NCBI GenBank assembly: GCA_963829295.1
Contig: CAWHHU010000003.1
Coordinates: forward strand, 360,157-424,156
From: an uncultured Chloroflexia bacterium
Lineage (GTDB): Bacteria; Chloroflexota; Limnocylindria; Limnocylindrales; CSP1-4
Direction: 5' to 3'
DNA length: 64,000 nt
Made by a program: the position numbers and the translations under genes. This document shows, one piece after another, positions 46,223 to 55,739 of this stretch. The notes beneath the pieces were generated by a model. The model was not told the origin of the DNA. It was given only the letters and a program-made list of their open reading frames with translations, and did no database searches. Every line of letters begins with the position of its first letter. Position 1 is the first letter of the stretch.

Positions 46223-47398
46223 ATGAGCGGACGATGGCGCTGGAGCGTGTTGGCGGCGCTCATCGTGCTCGGTGCGACCGGCTGCTCGGATAATCAGCCG
46301 GGCGCTGTCCGGCCTTCCGTGGCGTCGGCATCGAGGCCTTCGTCGGATGTCCCGACCACGGCCCAGATCTCCAGCCCAGTCTCAACGTCGACCGTGAACG
46401 AAGCGTCGCGCGGCCGGTTCCGTCCGACCGGGGCGCCCATGATCGCGCGGGCCGAGGCGCTCGCAGCGCCGCTGCCCGATGGTCGCGTCCTTGTCGTCGG
46501 CGGCTGCGCCTGTGCGGACGCCGAGGTCTACGATCCGGCTATTGGGACATTCTCCGCGACGGGCCCCGTCTCGCACGTTCGCGCTCAGGGCGAGACCTTG
46601 ACACCACTTCCAGATGGGCGCGTCCTGCTCGCGGGCGGCTGGTCACCCTCTGGCCTTGGGGTTCCCGAGGCCGAGGTCTACCATCCCGCGTCGGGCTCCT
46701 TCGCCGACGTCGGCGACCTCATTGTCCCGGTCGCGTTCCATGCCGCGATCACCCTCGCGAACGGGCGCGTGCTCCTCGCGGGCGGCGCTGACGACGAAGG
46801 CGACCGGCTTGTTGTCACCCAGGTCTTCGACCCTGCGACGAACACGTTCTTCCGCGGCCAGGACCTGCCCGGCGCGCGTGCCGGGGCAGCCACCGCGACA
46901 CTGGAGGATGGTGCCCTGATCGTCGGCGGTGCCGGGTCCTGCACTCGCGACGACCCGCTCCCTGATGCGCTCCGCGTGAACGACACCGGCTTGGTCACCT
47001 CGGTCGCCACGCTGATCACGCCCCGCACGGGTGCCACCGCGGTCGGGCTCGTCGGCGACAGCGTGGTCGTGGTCGCCGGCAGCACGAGCTGTCGCACCGA
47101 AGAGCCGATCGGCAAGGCGGAGATCCTCGCTTCGGGCGCGGCGGCGTTCGCGTCCGCGGGCGAAACGGCCCCCATGCTGGCCGCGGCGGCGGTCCTGCTC
47201 GACAACGGATCCGTCCTCGTGCTAGGTGATGGCACTCCCGCCTCGGTCCTATACGAGATGCCGGCGGGCGTCCTCGTTCCGGGCCCCGATTTGACGCATG
47301 CCCGGTTCCGGCCGGCGATGGTCGGGCTCGACGACGGGAGCATTCTCGTGGTTGGCGGGAGTGACGAGCGGATCGCAGCCGAGATATACGAGCCCTGA
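46223..47398 (+). CDS. Kelch-repeat beta-propeller lipoprotein
   Basis: Lipobox LGATGC. A disordered S/P/T linker. Seven repeats of the L(P)DGRVL(V/L)(A/V)GG...(E)VYDP type. Confidence 0.65.
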   Translation: MSGRWRWSVLAALIVLGATGCSDNQPGAVRPSVASASRPSSDVPTTAQISSPVSTSTVNEASRGRFRPTGAPMIARAEALAAPLPDGRVLVVGGCACADAEVYDPAIGTFSATGPVSHVRAQGETLTPLPDGRVLLAGGWSPSGLGVPEAEVYHPASGSFADVGDLIVPVAFHAAITLANGRVLLAGGADDEGDRLVVTQVFDPATNTFFRGQDLPGARAGAATATLEDGALIVGGAGSCTRDDPLPDALRVNDTGLVTSVATLITPRTGATAVGLVGDSVVVVAGSTSCRTEEPIGKAEILASGAAAFASAGETAPMLAAAAVLLDNGSVLVLGDGTPASVLYEMPAGVLVPGPDLTHARFRPAMVGLDDGSILVVGGSDERIAAEIYEP

Positions 47399-47768
47399 TC
47401 CTACTGTCGCCTCTTGAGTGCCGTCCTGCGGAAATCCCGTACGGGAATATGCTCGTGTGACTCATCCGCTGACCGAGGAGTGGATCGTCATTCCGACCTG
47501 TGGGCTGCACTGTTCGCCGAACCGACCATCGTGGCCGCCCCCTCCCACCGGGAGGGCCACCAGCGGCGTCCAAGCGAACAGACGCTCGAGCGCCTCGCGG
47601 CCGCCATGTCTTTGTCGATGTTGCTGGTCACAGTCCAGGCCGGTCCGCTGCGAGGCCGCCTCTGCTCCGCTGTTGCCCGCTAGGGCAGTCTAGAGCACTT
47701 CACTGGGCACGAACGGAAGCCCCTCCCATGCACGGGAGGGGCCGATTCCATGGCGCTTGCGACCGGCC

Positions 47769-47815
47769 GCATGTCAAGCATGCGCTCTAACTCTAACCAG
47801 CTGAGCTAATCGCCC
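47769..47815. repeat. attR core: 5' 41 nt of tRNA-Val with a 6-nt CTCTAA internal duplication (tRNA fragment, non-functional)
   Basis: GCATGTCAAGCATGCGCTCTAAC[TCTAAC]CAGCTGAGCTAATCGCCC matches 23179..23219. There is no D/T-arm completion and no 3' half. Confidence 0.8.
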
Positions 47816-47944
47816 TTCGGGCGCGGAGAATAGCACCAACCCCCGGGCGCCCCGACGCTGACCTGCGGGCTTCGCGCGGCTCCGGCAGCGCCGATGGAGC
47901 TCGCCACCTCCGGGGCCGCGGACACGCCTCGGAAGGGCGCTGCC

Positions 47945-49858
47945 CTACGCGGCCGTCCTTCGGCTCCTCGAGCGCTCCGACTGCGCCGACTGCTTGCCGC
48001 CCTTGCCCGCGGGCTTGTTGCGGTCATGGGTCGCCTCTGCCTCGCCTTTGCGCTTGCGCCCGGACGACTTCGGGCGCGCGTCCTGCTTCGCCGGCGTCGG
48101 CGTCCTGCCGGCTGCAGGGGTCGTGGCGCCGGAGCCCTGGCTGGGATCGAGGTTCGCAGGGGTCGGCCGCGCCTGGCTGGCTGTGCCGGTGCTCTTGGGC
48201 CGGGCCGCCCGCGTCCGCCCGGCCGGACCTGGCGTTCCGGATGCACCAGCGGCAGGCAGAGACGGTTCTCGTCGCACGGGCGCAGCGGGCCGGGCCGGGG
48301 GCCGTGTTGATGGCGCAGGATCCGCGGCGCGGCCTCGGGCCGCCGGAACGGTGTCGGGCCGTGCAGCGGGGGCCACTGCGGTGCGCCTCAACGGCTCGGC
48401 TGGCGCCGGAGGCGTCGTCGCGGACGCGGCGATCGCGTGGTCGTCGTTCCCCGCCGGGGCTGGCGCCGGAGGCGTCGTCGCGGACGCGGCGCTCGCGTGG
48501 TCGTCGTGCGTGGCTGTCGCCTGGTCGTCGTGCGTGGCTGAGACCTTGGCGGTCTGCAGCCCGGAGCGGACGCGCCCAGAGGTGGCGGCAGCCGGGCCGG
48601 CCGTCCGCCGTACGGTCCTGGGGGTCACGGCACGGCTGGGGGCGGCGGCTGGATCAGATACCGGAGCCGGCTCATGCGCGGCGGCGGTGCGCCAGGGCGC
48701 ATCGGGAGCTGGCTCGCCGCTCGGATGGGCCATCCGGGTGCGTGCGACATCGCCCTGTGGCGCCGCCTCCTCCACTGCCGGGCCCACGACCGACATCGCC
48801 ACCATGTATCGAGCACAGTCCCTATGCGCAGCCGTCAGGCAGCGTGTCCGCTGCTGCGCGGCCGTGATGACCTGGTTTCGACCGGCCCCGGATCGACCGG
48901 TGAGGCGACGGCGCAGGAAGCCGAGCGGCGTCGAACCGCCCGATGGAACGGCATGGCACAGGTTCCTGGGATCGGCGAAGTCGTACCAGGTCGACGGATC
49001 CTCCTCCATCCCGAGGAACGGGCAGATCGAGAGGCCAGCTCGCGGCCCTCCCGCACTCGCCCACTCGGCGCCTGCCGGCCCCGACGCGCCAGCGGCCACC
49101 GGCACACCAGCGGGCGGCGGCGCCGCGATGGTGGGATGTTGCGGTAAGGGCGGCGAGACGGGAAGCGGTCGCTCGGCGGCCCGGCGCGGCCCGGCGATAT
49201 TGCCCCTCCGCCCACTCATCGACCGGTCCGGCGCGCGCCGGATCCCGTCGGCGCGAGTGAACCCGCGCTCCGGTTCATCGGGACTCAGCCTCGAGTGCTC
49301 GGTCACGCGGGCCGCGTTTCCAGTCGCCTGGCCCGGATCGGCCGCGCCGAGGCGAGCCACGGTGGCCAGCACTGCGGGCGTCCTCGCCTGTCCGGCGCGG
49401 CTTAAAGTGACGGCCGGCGCCCGATCATCTGCCCTCGCCACCGCCTCGCCCTCCGCAGCCTCCACCTCCGGATGCGCGAGCATTGCCGGTGTCGCCTCCA
49501 GCCACGCCGGATCCCGCTGCGCGATCGCATCCGCCATGACCGGGACCATGTCCGTGGACGGCGCCAGGCCGGGCTCCCGCATGGCTTCATCCTGGGCGGT
49601 GCGGCATCCGTAGCATCGCCCCGCGTCGCGCCGGTTCAGCGACTTGCACACGCCACAGACCCAGAACCCGTACTGGGCGACCAGCGCCTGAACCTCCTCG
49701 GTCCCCGGCCGTGGCCCTGCCGAATCGAGCTCCGTACCGGCTCGCGTCTCACGGCGGAAGGTTTCGCGCCGGCCGCGGACCAGCTGAAGCAGCAGCCAGA
49801 TCGCCGTAGGCCCCCACAGGAGCGCGACGATGGTTAGCAACGCCAGTTCGGGACTCAT
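47945..49858 (-). CDS. Membrane protein with N-terminal TM helix, C4 zinc-ribbon (CGVC...CYGC) and a long Pro/Ala/Thr-rich repetitive disordered region ending in a Lys/Arg-rich tail
   Basis: Start MSPELALLTIVALLWGPTAIWLLLQLV at 49858 (M79 of the track ORF). VCGVCKSLNRRDAGRCYGC. Repeats ATHDDQATATHDDHASAASATTPPAPA. C-terminus KRKGEAEATHDRNKPAGKGGKQSAQSERSRSRR. Confidence 0.45.
   Translation of the reverse strand: MSPELALLTIVALLWGPTAIWLLLQLVRGRRETFRRETRAGTELDSAGPRPGTEEVQALVAQYGFWVCGVCKSLNRRDAGRCYGCRTAQDEAMREPGLAPSTDMVPVMADAIAQRDPAWLEATPAMLAHPEVEAAEGEAVARADDRAPAVTLSRAGQARTPAVLATVARLGAADPGQATGNAARVTEHSRLSPDEPERGFTRADGIRRAPDRSMSGRRGNIAGPRRAAERPLPVSPPLPQHPTIAAPPPAGVPVAAGASGPAGAEWASAGGPRAGLSICPFLGMEEDPSTWYDFADPRNLCHAVPSGGSTPLGFLRRRLTGRSGAGRNQVITAAQQRTRCLTAAHRDCARYMVAMSVVGPAVEEAAPQGDVARTRMAHPSGEPAPDAPWRTAAAHEPAPVSDPAAAPSRAVTPRTVRRTAGPAAATSGRVRSGLQTAKVSATHDDQATATHDDHASAASATTPPAPAPAGNDDHAIAASATTPPAPAEPLRRTAVAPAARPDTVPAARGRAADPAPSTRPPARPAAPVRREPSLPAAGASGTPGPAGRTRAARPKSTGTASQARPTPANLDPSQGSGATTPAAGRTPTPAKQDARPKSSGRKRKGEAEATHDRNKPAGKGGKQSAQSERSRSRRTAA
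48396..48545. repeat. Imperfect ~63-bp tandem repeats inside 47945..49858
   Basis: ggctggcgccggaggcgtcgtcgcggacgcggcg(a/c)tcgcgtggtcgtcgt... occurs twice, then shorter tggtcgtcgtgcgtggctg repeats. Confidence 0.6.
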
Positions 49859-50106
49859 TCGACTTCGGGGGGCCCTCCGGCGACAGCATAGCCCACGGTC
49901 AGCGGATCGCCTTCCGATGCGACTTCGTCCGTGGTGCGCCGATGCGCCGCTGCGGTGGGTCACAAAGCGGGGGCCTACTGGCCGTGCGGCCCGACGCCGG
50001 TCCTCTCGGCCTCCCCTCTCGGCCCCGGCCCGCATCGACCGGCCGGCGCCAGCAGTGTGCACGCCCCGGTCGCGCAGCGGCCAGGTGCGCATGCGACCAT
50101 GCCTTC

Positions 50107-50925
50107 ATGTCTGATCTCGAGCTCCTGGATTGTGGCGACGGCCGCCGGCTGGAGCGGTTCGCCGACATCGTGGTCGACCGGCCGGCACCCGGAGCGGACC
50201 GTCCACGTCGGGACCCCGCGGTCTGGAGCCAACCGCAGCTGGAGTTCCGGCGCAGCGCATGGGTGCGGGGGGCGGCCCGCGACCCCTGGCACGTCCGGGC
50301 TGCCGGGCTCACGTTCGAGTGCCGGCCCGCAACCGGTGGTCAGGTTGGGCTGTTTCCGGAGCACGCGTCCATCTGGCCGTGGCTGACGGGCGCGTGCGAG
50401 GCGGCCCTCGATCGGCTGGGCCGGCCGCCCGAGGTGCTGTCCCTGTTTGCGTACACGGGTGGCTCCTCGCTGGCCTGCGCGCGCGGCGGGGCACGGGTCG
50501 CACACGTCGATGCGTCGCGGCCGGCCCTCGCCTGGGCTCGGCGCAACGCGGAGCTGTCCACGCTTGCGGACAGCCCGATTCGCTGGCTTCCGGACGACGC
50601 TCGGGCGTTCTTGCGGCGTGAGCGACGCCGGGGCCGACGGTACGACGCAGTCGTCCTCGATCCACCTTCGTACGGCCACGGGCCGGGGACCTGGCGCATC
50701 GACGACGACCTTGCCCCCCTGCTCGACGACCTCGCTGCGCTCCTCGGGCCATCGCCAGCCTTCATCCTGCTGACAGCCCACACGCCGGGCTACGACGGCG
50801 ACCGCCTGGCCGGCCTCGTGCGCGAGCACTTCAACGTCCCTGCCAGCGGGAGGACGATGACGCTCGCCGCGCGGTCGGGCGCGTCGCTCGATGCCGGGGC
50901 GCTCGCACGCTCCGATCCGCGCTGA
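50107..50925 (+). CDS. Class I SAM-dependent RNA methyltransferase (RlmI/YccW-like catalytic domain, no PUA)
   Basis: VLSLFAYTGGSSLACARGGARVAHVDAS (motif I-like) and DAVVLDPPSYG (the (D/N)PP(Y/F) motif IV). ATG at 50107. Confidence 0.75.
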   Translation: MSDLELLDCGDGRRLERFADIVVDRPAPGADRPRRDPAVWSQPQLEFRRSAWVRGAARDPWHVRAAGLTFECRPATGGQVGLFPEHASIWPWLTGACEAALDRLGRPPEVLSLFAYTGGSSLACARGGARVAHVDASRPALAWARRNAELSTLADSPIRWLPDDARAFLRRERRRGRRYDAVVLDPPSYGHGPGTWRIDDDLAPLLDDLAALLGPSPAFILLTAHTPGYDGDRLAGLVREHFNVPASGRTMTLAARSGASLDAGALARSDPR

Positions 50926-50957
50926 CTGCCCCCCTCTCGACCTGCGACGATTGGGCC

Positions 50958-51803
50958 ATGGCGATCCCGATCCTCACCAGCACCCGCAACCCTCGGGTTC
51001 GCGCTGCCGCGGAGCTGCGGGATCGCCGCCATCGTGACGAGACGGGTCTGACGCTGGTCGACGGCGTGCGCGAGCTCACCCGGGCGCTCGACGGCGGGGC
51101 GCAGGTGACCGAGCTGTTTGCCGTCGTCGAACCCGCGCCTGCGGCACGCGACGTCATCGGTCGCGCTGCGTCGGCCGGCGCGACGATCGTCACGGTCGAG
51201 CCACGCGTGGTCGAGCACCTCGCCTACGGAGCACGATCCGAGGGTCTCGTCGCGGTCGTGCGAACGCCGGCCACGGCCATCGGTGACATCCCGCTGCCGG
51301 CCGATCCGCTGCTGGTGGTGGTCGAAGGCATCGAGAAGCCCGGCAACCTCGGCGCCGTGTTGCGCAGCGCGGACGCTGCGGCGGCCTCGGGGGTGGTGGC
51401 TGCCGATGCCGGCACCGACCTGTTCAACCCCAACGCGATCCGGGCGTCGCTGGGTACCGTGTTCACGCTGCCGGTCGCAGCGGCCACATCGGAGGTCGTT
51501 CGAGCCTGGCTGCGCGATGCCCGCGTGGGAATCGTGGCCGCACGGGTCGACGGCGACGTCGAGTACACCGAGGCCGATCTCCGCGGCCCCACGGCGATCA
51601 TCCTGGGCAGCGAGGCCCGGGGCCTGACGCCCACCTGGTCCGGCGGCGACGTGCGCAGCGTACGGCTCCCGATGCTGGGTGTCGCCGACAGCCTCAACGT
51701 GTCGATCACCGCCGCCGTGCTGCTGTTCGAGGCTCGCCGCCAACGGACGAAGGAAGCCGATGGCCCGGAGGCCCGGCCAGCGCAGCCAGATCCCGCCTCT
51801 TGA
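50958..51803 (+). CDS. TrmH/SpoU-family RNA 2'-O-methyltransferase (RlmB-like)
   Basis: SPOUT motifs VVVEGIEKPGNLGAVLRSADAAAASGVV, AIILGSEARGL and LNVSITAAVLLFE. N-terminal substrate-binding domain present. Confidence 0.85.
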   Translation: MAIPILTSTRNPRVRAAAELRDRRHRDETGLTLVDGVRELTRALDGGAQVTELFAVVEPAPAARDVIGRAASAGATIVTVEPRVVEHLAYGARSEGLVAVVRTPATAIGDIPLPADPLLVVVEGIEKPGNLGAVLRSADAAAASGVVAADAGTDLFNPNAIRASLGTVFTLPVAAATSEVVRAWLRDARVGIVAARVDGDVEYTEADLRGPTAIILGSEARGLTPTWSGGDVRSVRLPMLGVADSLNVSITAAVLLFEARRQRTKEADGPEARPAQPDPAS

Positions 51804-51816
51804 CCGTGCGAGGACG

Positions 51817-53198
51817 ATGACCGACATGCAAACCTTTGACTTCGTGGTGATCGGGGCCGGTCCGGCCGGCGAGGCAACCGCACACAAGGCGCGAGCGCTG
51901 GGCGCCAGCGTCGCCATCATCGACCGTCGCTGGTTCGGCGGCTCGTGCCCGCATATCGGCTGCGTGCCGTCGAAGGCGCTCCTCCACGCCGCCGAGCGTC
52001 ACGCGAGCGGCGCCGATTACCCTTGGCCGCGAGCCTCGGCCCGGCGCGACTACATGGTCAACCGCGCCCCCGATGCCGCCGATCCGGACGACACGTCCCA
52101 CGTGAAGGCGCTCGAGTCCGACGGTGCCATCGTCTACCGGGGCGAGGGCCGGATCGTCGGCCGGGGGCGGGTCGCGGTGACGCACGACGGCGTCAGCCAT
52201 GAGATCGCCGGGCGCAATGTGGTCGTCGCCGTCGGATCGTCGTCGAAGGTCCCGCCGATCGAGGGCCTCGCCGACGCCCATCCCTGGTCAAACCGCGAGG
52301 CGACCCTCACCCGCGAGCTGCCGCGGAGCCTGCTCGTGCTGGGCGGCGGACCCACCGGCTGCGAGCTGGCCCAGGTCTATGCGCGGTTCGGCGTGCCCAC
52401 GACCATCGTCCAGTCCGGCCCAAGGCTGGTGCCGACCGATCATCCCCGGAATTCTGAGGCGATCCGGTTTGCGCTCGAGCGCGATGGCGTCACGGTCCGG
52501 ACCGGGGTCCGGGCGATCCGTGCCCATGCCGGCGCCGGGTCGGACGGAGCCCATGTCATCGACCTCAACGACGGCTCCACCGCCGATGGGCACGCGATCC
52601 TGCTGGCGGTCGGCCGCCAGTTCCCGCTGGCCGATCTGGGCCTCGAGCGCTACGGGGTCGCCGTGTCCGGCCCCGACGCCTACCGCCGGGATGGCCGGCT
52701 GCGCCTCGCCGACGGTCTGTGGATGGCGGGTGATCCGGCGGGCCCCGAGCTCCACACCCACCAGGCCCACTACCAGGGCGAGCTGGTGGTCCGGATGGCG
52801 CTGGGCGAAGACGCTCGTGCCCGACTACCGCGCGCTGCCGCGCGCAACCTACATGGATCCCGAGGCGGCCTCGGTGGGCCTGACGCTCGACCAGGCCACG
52901 GAGCGCGGGCCTGGACGCCTTCGAGTGCACGACCGACTTCACGCGATCGGCGAAGGGATACTCGGTCGAGGCAGAGACGGGGCACGTCACCATCACGGTG
53001 GACCGCGGCACCCGCGAGCTGGTCGGAGCCGCGATGGCCTGCCCGGACGCATCGGCGGCGATCCACGAGTGCGTGCTCGCGATCAAGGCGCGAACCAAGG
53101 TCGATCTGCTGGCCGAGACGATCCACGCGTTCCCGTCGACCTCGCGGATCTTCAACGGGCTGTTTGCGGAGGCGCTGGCCCGGCTCGATGCCGGCTGA
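51817..53198 (+). pseudogene. FAD-dependent pyridine nucleotide-disulfide oxidoreductase (Lpd/MerA/mycothione-reductase-like) interrupted by two +1 frameshifts
   Basis: FDFVVIGAGPAGEATAHKA...GGSCPHIGCVPSKAL (redox Cys pair) runs in frame 1 up to ...HYQGELVVRMALGE (~52806). KTLVPDYRALPRATYMDPEAASVGLTLDQATERG follows in frame 2 up to ~52905. LDAFECTTDF...TIHAFPSTSR (dimerisation domain) follows in frame 3. Confidence 0.7.
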
Positions 53199-53291
53199 CA
53201 CCAGAAGGACATGCCGGTACGTCGTACTCGTTGCGCGACTGGCGTCGCGGGGACGCGGCGCCGGGCGGGGCGCCGCGGCACGGTGATCCGG

Positions 53292-54869
53292 CTACCGGCG
53301 CCCCCGGGGCGGCTTGAACTCGGCCACCCGCCGCTTGCCTGCCGCTTTCGCCTCGTACATCGCGGCGTCGGCCTCCCCGATCAGCGCATCGACGGTGACG
53401 CCCTGCACGGTGCGGAAGGCCACGCCGATCGAGAGCATGGCTGTGACGGTCTCGCCGGCGAGCTCGATCGGAGCCGCGACGGCGGCGATGGCCCGCTCGG
53501 CGATGGCGATTGCGTCGGCCTCGGTTGGGAGCTCCTCGAGCAGCAGCCCGAATTCGTCACCACCGAGGCGAGCGACGGTGTCCTCCGGGCGGGCGGCCGC
53601 GCGGAGACGATCCGCCACGATCGCGAGCAGCCGGTCGCCCGCGGCGTGGCCGAGCCGGTCGTTCACGACCTTGAAGTCGTCGAGATCGCCGAACAGGACG
53701 GCAACGGTCGCGCCCTCCCGGCGCGCCAACCGCTCCAGGGCGTGTCCGACCCGGTCGTGGAACAGGCTCGCGTTGGCGAGGCCGGTGAGCGGGTCGTGAA
53801 GCGCGCGGCGGCGCATCTCCTGGTATAGCCGCCCGTTCTCGATCGCCATCGCCGCCTCGAACGCCAGCGTGCGCAGGAGCGCGATCCGGCGCTCGTCGAG
53901 CGGGTGACGTTTGGTTGTCGTCAGCTCGGCGACACCCACGGGCCCGGTCGGCGCGATGAGCGGCAGGTCGAGCATGGTCTCGCGACCGAGGCGCCGCAGG
54001 CGGGCCTGGCCATCTGGATCACCCGACCTGCCCTCGACATCGGTCAGGGCGCGGGTCCGATCGCGGAGGACGCGTGCGAGCACCGGCCGCTGCGCAATGG
54101 ACTCGGGAGCGGTCTCGAGCGCCCGCTCGACCGGGTACGACCCGAACGGGACCAGCCGACCGGTCTCCGCCTCGAGCGCGTAGAGGATGCACTCGTCGTA
54201 CTCGATCGCCTCCGCCAGGTGCCGCGCGACGACCGTGCCGAGGACCGCCGGATCGCTCGTCTCGGCAAGGTCGGATGACAGCCGGACGAGACGGTTGAAC
54301 TCGTGGCCCGATGTCTTGAGGCGCTCGCTCGAGCGGTACATCAGGAACGTCACGGCACCGAGGACGATCAGCAGCGACGCATACCGCATGAGCTCGATCG
54401 CCGCTGCCGGCGTCCCCTTGTCTCCGGGGAGAAAGCCCGCAAGCGCGCTCACGATCATGGCCACCATTGCGAAGGCCATCATCCTGCGCAGCCGCCGGCC
54501 CTCGAGATACGGCAGCGCGAGGGTGATCGGGGTCAGCATTGAGGTCGCCACGACGAAGGCAAGGAATGGCTCGAGGATGGCCATGACCACGGCGGCGAGG
54601 ATGATCCCGGATGCCGTCAGGGTCACGATCCCGGCCGCGTTGCTGTTGCTGGTCATCCTCAACGGGACCACGATCGCCCAGGCGACCAGCACGAAGATCA
54701 GCACCGACCCGGCCAGCCACCGCACGCTGCCAACCAAGCCGGCTCCGAGGAGCTGGAGCACGGCGGCGGTCATGCCGATGGCGATCATGCCCACCAGCAA
54801 CCGCCGGACCTGATCGCGCTGGGTTGCCTCATCCGGGCTGGGGATCGCGTGCGGCTCGCCTTCAAGCAT
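53292..54869 (-). CDS. Membrane-anchored GAF-GGDEF diguanylate cyclase
   Basis: About 6 TM helices at the N-terminus, then a GAF-like domain. The GGDEF domain contains RLGGDEFGLLL and the DLDDFKVVND inhibitory-site context. Start M121 of the track ORF, at 54869. Confidence 0.85.
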   Translation of the reverse strand: MLEGEPHAIPSPDEATQRDQVRRLLVGMIAIGMTAAVLQLLGAGLVGSVRWLAGSVLIFVLVAWAIVVPLRMTSNSNAAGIVTLTASGIILAAVVMAILEPFLAFVVATSMLTPITLALPYLEGRRLRRMMAFAMVAMIVSALAGFLPGDKGTPAAAIELMRYASLLIVLGAVTFLMYRSSERLKTSGHEFNRLVRLSSDLAETSDPAVLGTVVARHLAEAIEYDECILYALEAETGRLVPFGSYPVERALETAPESIAQRPVLARVLRDRTRALTDVEGRSGDPDGQARLRRLGRETMLDLPLIAPTGPVGVAELTTTKRHPLDERRIALLRTLAFEAAMAIENGRLYQEMRRRALHDPLTGLANASLFHDRVGHALERLARREGATVAVLFGDLDDFKVVNDRLGHAAGDRLLAIVADRLRAAARPEDTVARLGGDEFGLLLEELPTEADAIAIAERAIAAVAAPIELAGETVTAMLSIGVAFRTVQGVTVDALIGEADAAMYEAKAAGKRRVAEFKPPRGRR

Positions 54870-55739
54870 GCGCGTCACCAATCCGTCACCCGGGCTGGAT
54901 CGCCCCGACGGACGAGACCCGGCAAGCCCGAAGCCCGACCGCACTGGCGGACGGGGCTCCGAACCACGCTCCGACCTCGCCGGTCGTCGTTGGTCCCGAG
55001 CCGGGGCGCGGCATTGCCCTTCATGGGCAGGCACCCGGCAGGAACGCGCGCAGGGTCGCCGAACCGCTGACCTAGCCCGCGAGCACGAGCAGGCCTCGCC
55101 GCGATCGCGGCGAGGGCGGGGAGCAGGGCGCGGAACGCGACGAGGGTAAGCCGCGAGATCTGGCCGACATCCACGTGCCTGGCACCGCCCGTCATCGGCG
55201 GATCCTGGGCGCGCGGCGAGGGCGGCCACTTGAGCTCTCGCAGGTCCTCGCGCACGCGATCCTCGGGGACGAGCCCCTCGCCATGGCCGCCCAGGCAGGC
55301 GGCGAGGTCAAGACGGGCAGACACACCCAGACTTGACGGTAGGGCACGAGGGGCTGGCGATCATGACGAACCGTCATGCCTCGGCGGGTGCGGCCGGACA
55401 TAATCCGGCGAGCGCCACGGAGAGGCGGACGTCCGACGTGTGGCGTAGTGGCCTCGCCTGCACCGAGCCTGGCTCTGCCCGGGACCGTATCGATCGATGC
55501 CCGGACAGCCAGCTCGCCTCGCTCGCAGCCGACCAGCCATTCCCTCGTCCCATGTCGCCAGTGGAACGTCGTCCGTTCACTCAAGCGGCGCGTTGGCGGC
55601 CGCACCGCCGCCTGGAACGGTGCGCGGACCATTCCGCGGTCGTGTTCCACCCCAACTGCCTGGTGCACGCGAGGCATGCCACCGCGAGGCCGAACCGCTG
55701 CAGTGAACGCGCCAGGATCCAGGGTGATCGGCCGGCGGA

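Larger units (their letters stand above)
23220..47775. mobile_element. tRNA-Val-associated integrative genomic island (~24.6 kb), mosaic, likely AICE/IME-like
   Basis: Bounded by the 41-nt direct repeat of the tRNA 5' half. Carries an integrase next to attL, replication-relaxation family genes, a TA module, an IS, IS remnants and low-GC cargo. Outside it sits the conserved thrS-infC-rpmI-rplT-pheST operon context. Confidence 0.7.

Noticed and set aside
47769-47815. Second tRNA-Val gene
   Set aside because: Only the 5' 41 nt are present, with a 6-nt internal duplication and no T-arm or acceptor 3' strand. It is an att-site remnant, not a tRNA.
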